DNA of 64,000 nt, from the NCBI GenBank assembly GCA_046734045.1, contig JBKPQL010000053.1, forward strand, positions 2,903 to 66,902, in the 5' to 3' direction. This document shows, one piece after another, positions 62,174 through 64,000 of this stretch. The notes beneath the pieces were generated by a model that saw only the letters and a program-made list of their open reading frames with translations, was not told the DNA's origin and searched no databases. The translations under genes were made by a program, and so were the position numbers. Every line of letters starts with the position of its first letter. Position 1 is the stretch's first letter. This DNA comes from Verrucomicrobiota bacterium (GTDB lineage Bacteria > Verrucomicrobiota > Verrucomicrobiia > Chthoniobacterales > UBA10450).

Positions 62174-62521
62174 CTACTCTTTCTCGGGTTTTTTCTCCGG
62201 TGTTTTGGTCGGGGCAGTCAAAGATGGTTTCGCACCGGTTTCTTTTGGCGGCGCCGGTTTTTCTGCTGTTGTGGCCGTGGCAGGCGACTCCTTTTTCGCA
62301 GCTTCTCTATATGAATCGCTGCGATAATCGGTGATGTAGAACCCGGAGCCCTTGAAAATTACCCCTGCGCCAGTCCCAAGCAGGCGCTTCACCTTTCCGC
62401 GGCCCCATTTCCTCAAGCGGCAAAGATCTTTTGGACATTCGCGAAATGGTTCATCGCGCATCGACTGGAACGCTTCAAAATTCTGGTCGCACTTCTGACA
62501 ATGATACTCGTAAGTTGGCAT
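62174..62521 (-). CDS. FmdB-family putative zinc-ribbon regulatory protein
   Basis: The segment MPTYEYHCQKCDQNFE...ECPKDLC matches the family, followed by a Lys/Pro/Ala/Thr-rich tail. Confidence 0.85.
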   Translation of the reverse strand: MPTYEYHCQKCDQNFEAFQSMRDEPFRECPKDLCRLRKWGRGKVKRLLGTGAGVIFKGSGFYITDYRSDSYREAAKKESPATATTAEKPAPPKETGAKPSLTAPTKTPEKKPEKE

Positions 62522-62652
62522 GAAAATGTGGATTCACCACCTCGCGGAAACCTCGAAAGTGTGCACGATGCAAGCACAAATTCAAGCCGGCGGCTTGAGT
62601 GATAACGCCGAGTTTACTTGAATTTTGGAACCGAAAGAGCGGTCGGCGCTTC

Positions 62653-62681
62653 TTGACTTTTTGCGCTGCTTGCGCATTAAA
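62653..62681 (+). promoter_or_regulatory. sigma70-like promoter candidate for the L,D-transpeptidase gene
   Basis: TTGACT (62653-58), a 17-nt spacer, then ATTAAA (62676-81), about 20 nt upstream of the ATG at 62702. Confidence 0.35.
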
Positions 62682-62701
62682 AGTGCGACTCAAAAATAAT
62701 T

Positions 62702-63313
62702 ATGTTCCATTTATCGTTTAGCAGGTTACTAGGGGCAGTTGCCATTGCTTTTCTCTTTTTCACCGCCGGATGTGGCGAAGAAGATGCGCGCTTCTCAGCC
62801 AAGACGCAATATTTGGGAGGCGTTCACGGCGGTGCGCCTGCCGGTGCGCCCCGTGATACTGTGTCGTACTGGGACGGGGATTCGGTACAAGGGAAGCCTT
62901 CCATCATCATTCGTCTTGGGGAACAACGCGCCTATTTTTACAAAAGCGGCGTGCTGGTTGGCGTATCACAACTTTCAACCGGCCGCGAAGGACTCAACAC
63001 ACCATATGGCCATTTCTCCATCATTCAGAAGGACGTTAATCATGCTTCTAGCTTGTTCGGCGACTATGTTGATTCGGCGGGCAACATCGTCGTCCCTAAT
63101 GTCGATGTAACCAAAGACCGGAAACCGCCGGGCGCACACTTCCGAGGTACGCCAATGCCTTACTTCATGCGCATTGTCTCGGGCACCGGACTACATGCGG
63201 GTTACCTTCCCGGTTATCCTGCGTCGCATGGTTGCATCCGCATGCCTGAATTCATGGCTGAAAACTTTTTTAAATCGGTCTCACTCGGCACACCGGTTAC
63301 CATCACAAATTAG
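62702..63313 (+). CDS. L,D-transpeptidase (YkuD domain), lipoprotein-like
   Basis: The catalytic motif is GYPASHGCIRMP. The N-terminus FLFFTAGC is lipobox-like. Confidence 0.9.
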   Translation: MFHLSFSRLLGAVAIAFLFFTAGCGEEDARFSAKTQYLGGVHGGAPAGAPRDTVSYWDGDSVQGKPSIIIRLGEQRAYFYKSGVLVGVSQLSTGREGLNTPYGHFSIIQKDVNHASSLFGDYVDSAGNIVVPNVDVTKDRKPPGAHFRGTPMPYFMRIVSGTGLHAGYLPGYPASHGCIRMPEFMAENFFKSVSLGTPVTITN

Positions 63314-63427
63314 ATTCCAGCCCGCGGTCGGAGAAGGTGCCAATTTCGCTCTAAGAATTGCCGATCAGTATCTGAGCTTGCAGAAAATCTGGCGCGGCAG
63401 CATTCTGACTATTCCGCGGCTGAAAAC

Positions 63428-64000
63428 ATGATCATTATCACGAAACCCAACACTACTGAGGAGCAGATTAATCAGATCGTCACCCGTGTACGGGAGTTCG
63501 GGTTGGACGCGCAGATCAGCCGTGGCGCCTCACGCGTCATCATCGGCGTGATTGGGCCCGAAGCGCTTCTTCGCGAGAAACCGCTCGCCGCCATGGCGGG
63601 AGTGGAAGCGATCCTGCCAGTTTTGAAACCGTACAAGCTTGCTGCCCGCGATTCCCGCGGTTCCTCCTCGGTAACAATAGGCGGCGTCCCAGTGGGTGAA
63701 CACGAAGAGGTCGTTCTGATTTCCGGCCCATGTTCAGTCGAAGGCAGAGAGCAAATTTTCTCCATTGCGCGGATTGTGAAAAAATCGGGCGCAAAAGTCT
63801 TGCGCGGTGGCGCATTCAAACCGCGCACTTCGCCATACAGTTTTCAGGGGCTGCGTGAAGAGGGGCTCCGCTTCCTCGCTGAGGCGCGCGCTGAAACCGG
63901 GTTGCCCGTAATTACGGAGATCATGGACCCGCGCGATTTAACCGTGATTGAAAAATACGCGGACTGCCTTCAGGTGGGCACTCGCAACATGCATAACTTT
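63428..64000 (+). CDS. 3-deoxy-7-phosphoheptulonate (DAHP) synthase, class I-beta with N-terminal ferredoxin-like regulatory domain; 3' end outside the window
   Basis: It is not in the ORF track because there is no stop in the window. My translation reads MIIITKPNTTEEQINQIV...VVLISGPCSVEGREQIFSIARIVKKSGAKVLRGGAFKPRTSPYSFQGL...VITEIMDPRD...LQVGTRNMHNF. Confidence 0.92.
   Translation, partial: MIIITKPNTTEEQINQIVTRVREFGLDAQISRGASRVIIGVIGPEALLREKPLAAMAGVEAILPVLKPYKLAARDSRGSSSVTIGGVPVGEHEEVVLISGPCSVEGREQIFSIARIVKKSGAKVLRGGAFKPRTSPYSFQGLREEGLRFLAEARAETGLPVITEIMDPRDLTVIEKYADCLQVGTRNMHNF

Noticed and set aside
1-64000. A search for tRNA, rRNA, CRISPR, integrase, transposase, phage or known defence-system genes (restriction-modification, Cas, CBASS, retron and similar).
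   Set aside because: I found none on reading all intergenic regions over 60 nt and all ORF translations. The island at 40-55 kb has no mobility gene at either edge.

Overview
The window is a 64-kb bacterial chromosomal segment with about 60 protein-coding genes and no rRNA, tRNA, CRISPR array, transposase or integrase that I could see. A PVC-group or Verrucomicrobia-like origin is inferred from a Minf_1886-type protein, the REP-like element families and the general gene content. I did not run a taxonomic search.

Positions 1-40179 and 55431-64000 are mostly ordinary housekeeping and stress genes. They include an RND pump fragment, DoxX/OsmC, an aldo-keto reductase, a creatininase-family protein and a BtuF-like cobalamin-binding protein. 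Also present are two APC permeases, cutA, mnmA, 3-methyladenine glycosylase, a 5'-nucleotidase and an FAD oxidase. Further genes are a DUF4242-cyclase fusion, secA, ridA, pyrE, a YyaL-type thioredoxin-domain protein, TauE, two CNNM proteins and GH15. The remainder are a GNAT, an aminotransferase, a GT39-like protein, pcm, thrS, DUF1844, an M16 peptidase, two Tyr/Gly-rich peptidoglycan-binding proteins, FmdB, an L,D-transpeptidase and the start of a DAHP synthase.

The unusual part is 40176-55401. It is a single-strand, tightly packed island that encodes almost only exported or lipoprotein-like paralogues built from a few shuffled modules:
- an SPDGxFA / WSxDS PD40-like module;
- a second 'type B' module;
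- DUF1311/LprI-like domains;
- DcrB/PsbP-like domains.

The island is anchored by a 1184-aa TPR protein and a PD40 protein. It is littered with gene fragments, a double-frameshifted copy, a re-used leader peptide and a conserved about 55-nt upstream motif. I see no enzyme, toxin or mobility gene in it, and I cannot assign it to a named system.

Several REP-like palindromic element families are dispersed through the window. Three copies sit in frame inside essential or conserved genes (mnmA and the YyaL-like gene). thrS carries an about 80-aa catalytic-domain insertion. All domain calls come from reading the translations against remembered family signatures. No searches were run.
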